A stretch of 45,442 nucleotides of DNA from Candidatus Zixiibacteriota bacterium (GCA_049324195.1 JBMOKZ010000379.1:1-45442), one strand, 5' to 3'. Shown: positions 19,317-27,869, counted from the first letter of the stretch. Notes: a model not told the origin generated them from the letters alone. Translations and numbers: made by a program.

Positions 19317-19346
19317 CGGGCTCGTGCAATACGAGCCCGTTTTTTT
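19317..19346 (+). terminator. Rho-independent terminator
   Basis: A 9-bp GC-rich stem, CGGGCTCGT (19317-19325) pairing with ACGAGCCCG (19331-19339), has loop GCAAT and is followed by TTTTTTT (19340-19346). Confidence 0.7.
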
Positions 19347-19531
19347 GTGTGCGTGGTTGTCCATCGGGTCATCCCACCCCACCAAAGGGGCGGACCACCC
19401 CTTTTATGTCATTCCCGGCTTGACTGGGAATTCAGGTTCCCTCGTTTTAATGCCTGCATTGGTACGCGATTTTCGATGTTCCGCGTCGGTCAGCTTCAGA
19501 CAGGACGCCGACTGGTTGTCAGATACTGGCT

Positions 19532-19695
19532 GAGAGATTGCCACGTCGCTTCGCTCCTCGCAATGACGTTTTTGAAAAGAGTTGCAAGTAATTATGATTG
19601 GTCTGTCATGAAAGAATCACGGAAGGTATCTAATAACGTCATCGCGAGCGGAAGCCGAAGGCCCTCAGGCCGCGGGCTGGAGCGTGGCGATCTCT
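19532..19695. repeat. Two diverged, inverted copies of a short GC-rich palindromic element
   Basis: The left copy is GAGAGATTGCCACGTCGCTTCGCTCCTCGCAATGACG (19532-19568). The right copy (19637-19695) is CGTCATCGCGAGCG...GCGTGGCGATCTCTC. Its ends are the reverse complement of the left copy's ends with about one mismatch each, plus ~30 nt of extra internal sequence. Confidence 0.55.
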
Positions 19696-20060
19696 CCGTT
19701 GAGGTCAAGCCGGTTCGGGCGGGTCTTTATAAATCACCTTCGTTTTGATATCATAAGTGTCGGGTTATCCACAACGAAAAATGAAAAAATCGTTATAAGC
19801 CGAATCGATATTACGGGTTGCGGCAAAATGGGTTTGTTTTGTTATTTTCGGGGTCTCTTTATTTTTTTGGTCGTTTCACTCGCAAAATCCCTACGTTGTC
19901 GGTAGCGCTGTTTTGTATATGATCCTGCATATTCTTAGCCTTTTTAAATGAGGGGGAGGAGATAGTATTTTGATGTGGATTGGTGGGGGAAGTGGGGGGG
20001 CTTGATATTATGCATTAATAGTATTGCTAAGCCTATATACCTCAAAAATAAGAAAAGAGA

Positions 20061-20089
20061 TTGCACTTGGGCCAGAAAGTCGATATATT
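20061..20089 (+). promoter_or_regulatory. Sigma70-like promoter of the AT-rich cassette
   Basis: TTGCAC (20061-20066), a 17-nt spacer, then TATATT (20084-20089), 36 nt upstream of ATG 20125. Confidence 0.4.
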
Positions 20090-20124
20090 ATCCATAACAA
20101 TCACTTGGGGAGTTATGTTTTAAT

Positions 20125-20949
20125 ATGACAACTTTATTAGGTGAACCAAAAGAAAAATGGTTTGAAAAGTATAAAGGATATCTACGACCAGATAATCTTC
20201 TTAAGATTGGCGGTGTATTTACGGCGATAATATATGTGATTGGTTATATTGTTGTAACACTAAATCTTTCAAAATACGGGGTTTCAACTTTTGAAATCCT
20301 TAGGCTGCAATATCTAATGGCTGGTTTTTGGTATGTTTATCCTTTTTTTATTACGCTAGTCATGTGCTATATAATAATACCTGGTATTAAATATCTGGAT
20401 TATGTTTGGAAAGAAATAAGTAATTTTATTAAATGGTTAGTGATTTTACTGATATTATTTCTTTTAGTTGCGATAGGAAGCGCATATGGATTTGTAATGG
20501 AAGGTATTAATTTTCAGGCGCACTTGCATTTATATATAATGCCTTTTTGTTTTATGATTGTGATTGTTATAACTGGTAGAATTAAGAAGTTTTTCCTTCC
20601 CCGTAAAAGAAATATTCTGATAGAAGATAATGTTATGAAATGGTTACTTGTTGCATCTTTATTTATAATACCAATATCATATTTAGTCTTTTTTGCTGAT
20701 CAAATATATCCAAATATTCCAAGTAATATTGGGGGTGGGAAATTAATCAATGTGAGTATAACAACAACTAAGAATTTAAATTTAGAAAATATAGCAATTC
20801 AAAGGGAAGATAAATCATTTATTGTAAATTGTAAACTTTTACTTGAAACAAGTGATAGAATAATATTATTACCCTATGACTCTTCAAATACGGCAATCTC
20901 TATTAACAAAGAATGTATAGCTACGATGGTGCTTAATCCAGAGGATTAA
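20125..20949 (+). CDS. Hypothetical polytopic membrane protein (about 5 TM helices plus an ~80-aa soluble C-terminal domain)
   Basis: 274-aa ORF in the AT-rich segment. Hydrophobic stretches include GGVFTAIIYVIGYIVVTL, MAGFWYVYPFFITLVMCYIII, WLVILLILFLLVAIGSAYGFV, LYIMPFCFMIVIVITG and WLLVASLFIIPISYLVFF. The C-terminus is non-hydrophobic. No family recognised. Confidence 0.55.
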   Translation: MTTLLGEPKEKWFEKYKGYLRPDNLLKIGGVFTAIIYVIGYIVVTLNLSKYGVSTFEILRLQYLMAGFWYVYPFFITLVMCYIIIPGIKYLDYVWKEISNFIKWLVILLILFLLVAIGSAYGFVMEGINFQAHLHLYIMPFCFMIVIVITGRIKKFFLPRKRNILIEDNVMKWLLVASLFIIPISYLVFFADQIYPNIPSNIGGGKLINVSITTTKNLNLENIAIQREDKSFIVNCKLLLETSDRIILLPYDSSNTAISINKECIATMVLNPED

Positions 20950-21019
20950 ATAAAAGGTGGCAAAAGAATACAGGTAATATTTAGATGAATCGGGCGACCA
21001 TACTTATAAAAATCTGGAT

Positions 21020-21748
21020 ATGACGGAGAGAAGATATTTAGGCTTAGTTGGGATTATCGTTAATAAAGAGTCTTATGATACAAGTTTCAGGCCAAACCTT
21101 AATGAGTTAAAGCGTAAACATTTTTATTATGATCCTGATAGACCGATAATATTACATCGTAATGATATCATTTATAAAAAAGGACCTTTCTGGAGGTTTA
21201 GAAGCCAGGAATTTAAAGATGTCTTTAACCAAAATATTTTAGAATTCCTAAAAACAGAAAATTATTTAATTATCAGTGTCGTAATCGATAAGAAGAACCA
21301 TATAGAACGCTATGGTGATTTTGCCTTTCATCCATATCATTACTGTTTAACTGCAATTATGGAAAGATATTGTGGCTGGTTAAATTATTTTAATAAGAAG
21401 GGTGACATTATTGCAGAATCAAGAGGGAACAGAGAAGATAATTTATTAAACGATGCTTTTTTAGAGGTGTTTAAAAACGGAACTCAATTCAGGGACTCCA
21501 ATTTTTTTACGAAATCATTAATCGCCGATAATATACATTTCGCTAAAAAGGATAGTAACAGTGCCGGCTTACAAATTGCCGATTTATTAGCTTATCCGAC
21601 AAAACAAGAAATCTTAATTGATAACAATGTCATAGATAAAACAAGTTATGGTTTTAATGATTCTATAAGAAAAGTAATTAAGGATAAGTATAATAGGAAT
21701 TTATTTACAAATAAGATTGTTGGTTATGGAAAAGTTTTTATAAAATGA
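21020..21748 (+). CDS. DUF3800-like protein (N-terminus apparently disrupted; possible pseudogene)
   Basis: NSAGLQIADLLAYP resembles the conserved LQxAD block of DUF3800. The family-typical DESG motif (YLDESGD) is encoded in frame at 20978-20998, upstream of the first ATG and right after an in-frame TAA (20975-20977). Confidence 0.5.
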   Translation: MTERRYLGLVGIIVNKESYDTSFRPNLNELKRKHFYYDPDRPIILHRNDIIYKKGPFWRFRSQEFKDVFNQNILEFLKTENYLIISVVIDKKNHIERYGDFAFHPYHYCLTAIMERYCGWLNYFNKKGDIIAESRGNREDNLLNDAFLEVFKNGTQFRDSNFFTKSLIADNIHFAKKDSNSAGLQIADLLAYPTKQEILIDNNVIDKTSYGFNDSIRKVIKDKYNRNLFTNKIVGYGKVFIK

Positions 21749-22071
21749 AAAGCCCCGCCATAGGCGGAGCCCTTCACGCTGGCCCTACACGAGCCATCCT
21801 TATTTATTAATAATATCGGTTTTTTACATTTTTTGTCAACTTTTTTTCTTCTGTTCATATCATATATACCTATATGTAATACAAATAATAAATCTGGAAA
21901 GTTTCAATATTATAGACCTCTAAAAAATTTTGAAACCAAAACGGTACAATTCAGTATAATTCAAAAAGCTTAAGTGCGGTAACAACTTAAACTTGACATT
22001 AGGCTTACAGTTTATACCTTGCGATGTTTGGAGCGATGTGACCCTTTTGATATTGGAAAGATAACGATAAA

Positions 22072-22932
22072 ATGCCTAAGTTGTTCGGCGTCCTGCTTTT
22101 AGTATTAGTTCTGGCAAACGGAGTTTTTGCCGACGGAATAAATCTCTCCCAGGCGGTCGATAGGACCGAAACGGCCTACGAAAGTACGGTCGATTTCGAG
22201 CTGACTCTTTCCTGGAAGGGTCCCCAGTCGGCCTATTATTTCCCCCAGCCTTTACAGCCGGTTTGCGACCGGATGAAAATACAGAAATTTTCCTCCACTA
22301 TCAGTTCCGCCGGGACCGGGGACGAGGAAATCACCACCAAAAAATATAAATTCACGCTCAAACCGACCGCGGCCGGGATGGCTTATATCCAGCCGGTTAC
22401 AATCAGCTACGTAACCTGGCCTGACAGCATCCCCGGCGAGCTGGTCAGCGAGCCGATGAGCGTGGTCGTGCACGACCCGGTGCCGGTGGTCGAAGAAGAG
22501 GGTCTTCCGATAACGACTATCGTTATAATAATTGTCGCGGTTATCGCGCTGGCGGGTATGGTTTCGGTTGCGCTGTTTTTGCACGCCAAAAAGAAACCCG
22601 CCGTGCCGGTGTCAACGCCGAAAACAAAATTTCTCGAGGCTCTGACCGGTGTGAAAAGCGAGGCTGGAAATAATTTGAAAAAATTTCAAACCGGGTTGTA
22701 TAAAATCCTGTTGACCTATCTTGAGGAGGAGTACCATCTCGAGCTGGCCGGGAAGCCCTCACAGGAAATCATTGAGGCCTTGAACAAGGTGTCGATGGAC
22801 GGTTCGCAGAAGGGTCAGATTTCCGGTTGGCTGATGCGGGCCGAGAAAGAGAAATACAGTCCGGTGGCCGGGGCGCCGGGGGAGACAATAAGATTGGAAA
22901 GCGAATTACGCGGTTTTTTCGAGAAAATATAG
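22072..22932 (+). CDS. BatD-like single-pass membrane protein (short paralogue)
   Basis: Signal peptide MPKLFGVLLLVLVLANGVFA. The ectodomain has the BatD-like pattern (LSQAVDRTETAYESTVDFELTLSW). It has one TM helix (ITTIVIIIVAVIALAGMVSVALFL) and a helical tail. The architecture matches the ORFs at 25755 and 29611. Confidence 0.5.
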   Translation: MPKLFGVLLLVLVLANGVFADGINLSQAVDRTETAYESTVDFELTLSWKGPQSAYYFPQPLQPVCDRMKIQKFSSTISSAGTGDEEITTKKYKFTLKPTAAGMAYIQPVTISYVTWPDSIPGELVSEPMSVVVHDPVPVVEEEGLPITTIVIIIVAVIALAGMVSVALFLHAKKKPAVPVSTPKTKFLEALTGVKSEAGNNLKKFQTGLYKILLTYLEEEYHLELAGKPSQEIIEALNKVSMDGSQKGQISGWLMRAEKEKYSPVAGAPGETIRLESELRGFFEKI

Positions 22933-22956
22933 AATGTAAAAATATACGGAGGTTTA

Positions 22957-23946
22957 ATGGATACCGACATCCAAAAAATACAGGCGGTCGTTGAAAAGGA
23001 ATCGTCGTTCGTGGAGCAGTTGACGGGCCAGATAAGCTCGGTCATTGTTGGTCAGAAATACCTGATCGAGCGGCTCCTGATAGGCATTCTCGGCAACGGC
23101 CATATATTAATAGAGGGGGTGCCGGGGCTGGCAAAGACGCTTTCGGTTAAAACGCTCTCGGACGCCATCCAGACGAAATTTCAGCGGATTCAGTTCACGC
23201 CGGACCTTCTGCCGGCGGACTTAATCGGGACGATGATATACAACCCGCAGAAAGCGGATTTCTCGGTCAAAAAGGGGCCGATTTTCGCCAATATTATTTT
23301 GGCTGACGAAATCAACCGCGCCCCCGCCAAAGTCCAGTCGGCGCTTCTGGAAGCCATGCAGGAACGGCAGGTGACGATCGGCGACAACACTTACCCGCTC
23401 GACGAGCCGTTTCTGGTGCTGGCCACACAGAACCCGATCGAGCAGGAAGGTACCTACCCGCTGCCCGAAGCCCAGGTGGACCGCTTCATGCTGAAGCTCA
23501 AAATCACTTATCCCGATCCCGCCGAGGAACGGGAAATCATGGACCGCAACGCCGAGACCGGATTCAACAAGGTCGCCAAGGTAGTCGCACCGCAGGATAT
23601 CGTTCGGGTGCGCGAGGTCATCAAATCGATATATGTCGATGAGAAAGTGAAAGAATATATCGTCAACGTGATATTCGCCACGCGCGAGCCGGAAAAGTAC
23701 GGTCTGGCGGAATTGAAGAGTTTAATTGCGTTCGGGGCGTCGCCGCGCGCCACGATTTATCTCAATATAGCCGCCAAGGCGCACGCCTTCCTGCGGGGCC
23801 GCGGTTATATCACGCCCGAGGATATCAAAGCCATTGGCGCCGATGTGCTCCGTCATCGGATTTTGCTGACGTACGAGGCCGAAGCCGAGGAAATGACGAC
23901 GGATGACATCGTCCGCCGGGTGTTCGATGCGGTCGAGGTGCCGTAA
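22957..23946 (+). CDS. moxR: MoxR-family AAA+ ATPase
   Basis: Walker A is in LIEGVPGLAKT and Walker B in IILADEINRA. Further MoxR-type blocks are LLEAMQERQVT, FLVLATQNP and GASPRA. RBS ACGGAGG lies upstream. Confidence 0.9.
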   Translation: MDTDIQKIQAVVEKESSFVEQLTGQISSVIVGQKYLIERLLIGILGNGHILIEGVPGLAKTLSVKTLSDAIQTKFQRIQFTPDLLPADLIGTMIYNPQKADFSVKKGPIFANIILADEINRAPAKVQSALLEAMQERQVTIGDNTYPLDEPFLVLATQNPIEQEGTYPLPEAQVDRFMLKLKITYPDPAEEREIMDRNAETGFNKVAKVVAPQDIVRVREVIKSIYVDEKVKEYIVNVIFATREPEKYGLAELKSLIAFGASPRATIYLNIAAKAHAFLRGRGYITPEDIKAIGADVLRHRILLTYEAEAEEMTTDDIVRRVFDAVEVP

Positions 23947-23958
23947 TAGAGAGCGTTT

Positions 23959-24834
23959 ATGATACCGAAGGAACTGTTTAAAAATATCCAACGGATAGAG
24001 ATCCGCACGAAACGGCTGGTCAACGACCTGTTCTCCGGCGAGTACCATTCCACCTTCAAGGGGCAGGGGATGGAATTCGAGGAGGTGCGTCAGTACCAGC
24101 CGGGCGACGATATCCGGCTGATCGACTGGAACGTCACCGCCCGCACCGGTTTTCCGTATGTCAAAAAATACCGCGAGGAGCGGGAACTGTCGGTGGTGCT
24201 TTTGGTGGACGCGTCATCGTCGGGTCAGTTCGGCACCCGGGAACGGTTCAAGAGCGAGACGGCCGCCGAGCTGTGCGCCGTGCTGGCGTTTTCGGCTATC
24301 AAGAACAACGACAAGGTCGGGATGATTATTTTCACCGACCGTATCGAGAAGTTCATCCCGCCCAAGAAGGGGCGGGGGCACGTCCTGCGGCTGATTCGCG
24401 AGATTCTCTATTTCAAACCCGAGGGTATCCGGACCGATATCTCCGGGGCGCTGGAATATTTCAACCGCGTCATCAAACGCAAATCAGTGGTGTTCCTGAT
24501 ATCGGATTTCCTATCGGAGAATTTTTACAAGCCGCTGCAGATAGCCAACAACAAGCACGATATCATCAGCGTCAAAATCACCGACCCGCGCGAAACCAAA
24601 TTCGACAATGTCGGGATGATCGAACTGGAGGACGCCGAAACGGGCGAAGTGCTTTTGATCGACACCGCCTCGAATGCTTTCCGACGCGAATTCTCGGCGC
24701 GGGCCGAGGAAGACAACCTGAGCCTGAAAAAGGGCTTTCAACTGATCAACGTCGATTTTATCAATATTCGGACGGACCAGACGTATATCGTGCCACTGAT
24801 CAATTTCTTCAGGATGCGGGAAAAGAGGCATTGA
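23959..24834 (+). CDS. DUF58 domain protein (VWA-like MoxR partner)
   Basis: YQPGDDIRLIDWNVTAR is the hallmark DUF58 motif. VVLLVDASSS is a VWA-like strand. The gene lies directly downstream of moxR. Confidence 0.85.
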   Translation: MIPKELFKNIQRIEIRTKRLVNDLFSGEYHSTFKGQGMEFEEVRQYQPGDDIRLIDWNVTARTGFPYVKKYREERELSVVLLVDASSSGQFGTRERFKSETAAELCAVLAFSAIKNNDKVGMIIFTDRIEKFIPPKKGRGHVLRLIREILYFKPEGIRTDISGALEYFNRVIKRKSVVFLISDFLSENFYKPLQIANNKHDIISVKITDPRETKFDNVGMIELEDAETGEVLLIDTASNAFRREFSARAEEDNLSLKKGFQLINVDFINIRTDQTYIVPLINFFRMREKRH

Positions 24835-24843
24835 GGAAGTACC

Positions 24844-25758
24844 ATGAGTGACAGAATCGGAAATAAAATTACAACCCTGCTGATAACCGTGACGGCCGTT
24901 CTGGCGCTGTTTGTTTCCTGTCAGAAGACCGATCACGCGGAAACCGTAAAACAGCACAAGGCGCTGGCCGGAGAACTGCGCGACAACAAACTGTACGCCG
25001 CCGCGATCGAGGAATACGAAGCGGTGCTGGCGCTTCCGGATATCGATACCGGAACCCGCGGCAACATTAATTATCTGATTGCCAGGGTCTATTTCGAGGA
25101 TTTGAAGGATTACGAGAAGGCCGCCGCCTATTATCTTCGGGCGCGTTCGTTCGACCCCGAGGGTTCGTTTATCGACGAGGCCTCGCGCAATCTGGTGGCC
25201 TCGCTGGAAAAGCTGGGCCACTATATGGACGCCCGGCGGGAGCTGGATGCGGTGACCGATATCGATTCACAGCCGAAAGACAAGGACGATATCGCGGTGG
25301 CGAGAATCGGAGGTGAGACGGTCTGGCTTTCGCAGGTCGACGAGCAAATTCAGAGCCTTCCGCCCGATGTCCAGAAACAGTTCCTGAGCCGGGAGGCGAA
25401 ACTCGATTTCGTCCGGCAATATGTCGGGGCGGAGTTGCTCTATCATGCTGCGCTCAGGGAAGGCTATGACCGTGACCCGGAAATTGTCAAGAAGAAGGAT
25501 TTAATCGGGAAGCGGCTGCTGGTGGATAAATTCGTGGTGGAAAAAGTCATGCCGGAGGTGAAAATCGACACCCTCGACGTACGTAATTTTTATTTGGCTA
25601 ATAAGGACAGCCGCTACGACAGCGCGCCCTACGATTCGGTGAAGGCGCAGGTGTTTCTGGACTATCAGTCGGACAAAGCCAACGCCGCCTATAGTAACTA
25701 TATCGCCAAACTGGCCGAAGCGCAAAAAGTCGAATTTCTGGATCACAACGTGAAATGA
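24844..25758 (+). CDS. Lipoprotein with TPR-like and SurA-N-terminal-like (chaperone) regions
   Basis: Lipobox ALFVSC. TPR-like stretches are LYAAAIEEYEAVLAL and YEKAAAYYLRARSFDP. VARIGGETVWLSQVDEQI...FLSREAKLDFVRQYVGAELL resembles the N-terminal domain of SurA/PpiD chaperones, but no PPIase domain is evident. Confidence 0.45.
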   Translation: MSDRIGNKITTLLITVTAVLALFVSCQKTDHAETVKQHKALAGELRDNKLYAAAIEEYEAVLALPDIDTGTRGNINYLIARVYFEDLKDYEKAAAYYLRARSFDPEGSFIDEASRNLVASLEKLGHYMDARRELDAVTDIDSQPKDKDDIAVARIGGETVWLSQVDEQIQSLPPDVQKQFLSREAKLDFVRQYVGAELLYHAALREGYDRDPEIVKKKDLIGKRLLVDKFVVEKVMPEVKIDTLDVRNFYLANKDSRYDSAPYDSVKAQVFLDYQSDKANAAYSNYIAKLAEAQKVEFLDHNVK

Positions 25759-26810
25759 ACCGGGTGAACAGGCGTAGCATGAGAAGCAGACGATACATAT
25801 TTATTTTAATCCTGGCGGTTTTGAGCCTGACCGCGGCGGCCATCGCCGAAGAAACGGTCGATACGGTAGCCTCCATCCCGGGAATCGAGATCGAAACCTC
25901 GGTTGACCTCGCTGAAATCTATATCGGTGATTTGATTACTTATACAATAGCGATTACCCATGACAGCATGATCGAGCTGGTGCCGCCGCCGCTGGGCGCT
26001 AACCTGGGGGCGTTCGATGTCAAGGATTACCAGCCGGATATCGAAACGCGCCTGAAAGACGGCCGCATCAGGAGCGAAACCGTGTTCAAACTGAGTACTT
26101 TCACCACCGGTGATTACGTTATTCCGCCGGTGCCGGTGCTGTTCAACATGCCGGACAGCACCAAAAAGGTGTTGCTGGCCGAGCCGGTACCCATTAAGGT
26201 TCTTTCGATGCTGCAGAACGCCGGGGACTCGGTGGATATCAAACCGTTGAAGGCTCAGTATGAGTTCAAGCGCGATTACACGCCTTATTATATCTGGGGT
26301 GCGGTGGCGTTCGTAATCCTTTTGGGCGGAGGGCTTTTAATCTGGTATTTCATGCGCCGGAGAAAGAAGGCTGAGGAGCCGGTGGATTTGCGCCCGCCGT
26401 GGGAGAAGGCGTTCGAGCGCCTGGCGGTGTTGAAAGAGAAAAATTATCCGGCCGAGGGACGTTACAAGGATTATTATTTCGAGTTGACGGAAATCTACCG
26501 GGAGTATCTCGGGCGGATGTATGATATCGACGTTCTGGAAAAGACGACTGCGGAGGTATTGGAGGAGTTCGTTAAAATCGAACTGCCGCCGGAGCTGCTG
26601 GAAAACACGGCCCGGCTGTTCCATCATGCCGACCTCGTGAAATTCGCGAAGCTGATTCCGGTCGCCGACCGGCCGCCGGCTGACCTCGATGCCGTTCACG
26701 GTTATATTGAAACGATACGCGTGGAACACGAGCGCAAGACCGCCCTCGAGATGCGGGTCACGCCGACCGACAAAATCGAACCGCCGGTGGCAAAGGAGGT
26801 GCAGCCGTGA
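25755..26810 (+). CDS. BatD-like ectodomain / DUF4381-like membrane protein of the Bat operon
   Basis: There is a signal/anchor segment. The ectodomain begins IEIETSVDLAEIYIGDLITYTIAITH (BatD-like) and has one TM helix (IWGAVAFVILLGGGLLIWYF). The tail is RPPWEKAFERLAVLKEK...YYFELTEIYREYLGRMY. ATG 25755 overlaps the upstream stop (ATGA); ATG 25779 is an alternative start. Confidence 0.5.
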   Translation: MNRVNRRSMRSRRYIFILILAVLSLTAAAIAEETVDTVASIPGIEIETSVDLAEIYIGDLITYTIAITHDSMIELVPPPLGANLGAFDVKDYQPDIETRLKDGRIRSETVFKLSTFTTGDYVIPPVPVLFNMPDSTKKVLLAEPVPIKVLSMLQNAGDSVDIKPLKAQYEFKRDYTPYYIWGAVAFVILLGGGLLIWYFMRRRKKAEEPVDLRPPWEKAFERLAVLKEKNYPAEGRYKDYYFELTEIYREYLGRMYDIDVLEKTTAEVLEEFVKIELPPELLENTARLFHHADLVKFAKLIPVADRPPADLDAVHGYIETIRVEHERKTALEMRVTPTDKIEPPVAKEVQP

Positions 26811-27853
26811 GCGCCCTGGAATTTTCCGGACTGAGTTTCAGCGTCTTCGACGTGATTGACCTGACCATTCCGCCGCTGGCGATATTCCTGGTCGGAGCGC
26901 TGTTTGTCGCCGGGATGATTTATTATCATCTGCGCGCAAAACGCTTCCGTTCGGCCACGGTCAAATATTCCGATATCCGCATCATCAAACGCGCCGCCCG
27001 GACCAACCGGCAGCGCTATCGTTTTCTGTTGACGGTGTTCCGGGTGCTGGCGGTGGTGCTGCTGATTGTCGCGTTCGCGCGGCCCCGCTCGGGCACCGAA
27101 ATCAAAGAAGTAACCTCCGAAGGTATTGATATCATGCTGGCGCTTGACATCTCGTCGTCGATGCAGGCCGAGGATTTCAAGCCCAACAACCGGCTGTATG
27201 TGGCCAAAGAGGAAATTAAGAAATTCGTCAACAAGCGAGTTAACGACCGTATCGGCCTGGTGGTGTTCGCCCGATATTCTTTCACCCAGTGCCCGTTGAC
27301 GGTCGATTACGGAGTTCTGTTGAATTTTGTGGATCAGGTGGATTTCGGGGCGATCGAGGACGGCACCGCGATCGGCATGGCTATCGCCAACGGCGTTAAT
27401 CGCCTTCGGGATTCCGACGCCAAATCGAAAATCATGATTCTGTTGACTGACGGTGATAACAATGCCGGTGAAATTGACCCGCTGACGGCGGCCAACCTGG
27501 CGGCGGCGTTCGAAATCAAAATATACACCATCGGAGCAGGAAAACCGGGTAACGCGATGTATCCGTATATGGACCCGATTTTCGGTAAGCGGTTCGTCTA
27601 CCGGCCGACCAAAATCGACGAAAAGACACTCAAGGAAATCGCCGAGACCACCGGCGGGAAATATTTCCGGGCGCGTTCCGGCGAGGAACTCGATGAAATT
27701 TATTCCCTGATTGACCAGATGGAAAAAACGGAAATCAAGGAGTCAGCCCATGTTCAATACCAAGAGCTGTTCAGTTACTTCGTCTATGCCGGGCTGTTGT
27801 TACTGGCTCTGGAAATGGTGCTGGCCAACACCTACTTCAAGAAATTACCGTAA
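26807..27853 (+). CDS. batA: VWA-domain membrane protein BatA
   Basis: N-terminal TM segments are followed by the MIDAS motif IMLALDISSSM and then ILLTDGDNNAG. There is a C-terminal TM helix. The GTG start overlaps the upstream stop by 4 nt. Confidence 0.8.
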   Translation: MSALEFSGLSFSVFDVIDLTIPPLAIFLVGALFVAGMIYYHLRAKRFRSATVKYSDIRIIKRAARTNRQRYRFLLTVFRVLAVVLLIVAFARPRSGTEIKEVTSEGIDIMLALDISSSMQAEDFKPNNRLYVAKEEIKKFVNKRVNDRIGLVVFARYSFTQCPLTVDYGVLLNFVDQVDFGAIEDGTAIGMAIANGVNRLRDSDAKSKIMILLTDGDNNAGEIDPLTAANLAAAFEIKIYTIGAGKPGNAMYPYMDPIFGKRFVYRPTKIDEKTLKEIAETTGGKYFRARSGEELDEIYSLIDQMEKTEIKESAHVQYQELFSYFVYAGLLLLALEMVLANTYFKKLP

Positions 27854-27869
27854 GAGGAATGATTAAGAT

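Noticed and set aside
19296-19748. 150-aa + strand ORF (and the 77-aa ORF at 19300-19533) across the GC-rich patch
   Set aside because: The sequence is a read-through of palindromic repeat elements. It starts immediately at or inside the terminator of the upstream gene, has no RBS, and its peptide segments are those typically produced by translating such repeats.
19952-20000. G-runs (GGGGG, GGTGGGGG, GGGGGGG) in an otherwise AT-rich context, considered as a possible G-quadruplex
   Set aside because: The tracts are irregularly spaced, with a ~25-nt AT-rich loop between the first and the others. No function can be supported from sequence alone.
21749-21800. A 50-bp GC-rich blip right after the DUF3800 stop (AAGCCCCGCCATAGGCGGAGCCCTTCACGCTGGCCCTACACGAGCCATCC), considered as a tRNA 3' fragment (att site) or a terminator
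   Set aside because: No T-arm/acceptor pattern (GGTTCGAxTCC...CCA) is present. The CCGCC-ATA-GGCGG hairpin is only 5 bp and lacks an adjacent T-run, so neither call is supported.
21993-21998. A TTGACA hexamer upstream of the Bat operon, considered as a -35 element
   Set aside because: No acceptable -10 lies at 16-18 nt spacing. The nearest TATACC/TTTATA are at 12-14 nt.
24273-25221. The + strand 192-aa alternative-frame ORF and the minus-strand 236-aa ORF overlapping the DUF58 and lipoprotein genes
   Set aside because: The DUF58 hallmark motif and the lipobox define the true frames. The overlapping ORFs are Arg/Gly/Gln-rich with no motifs.
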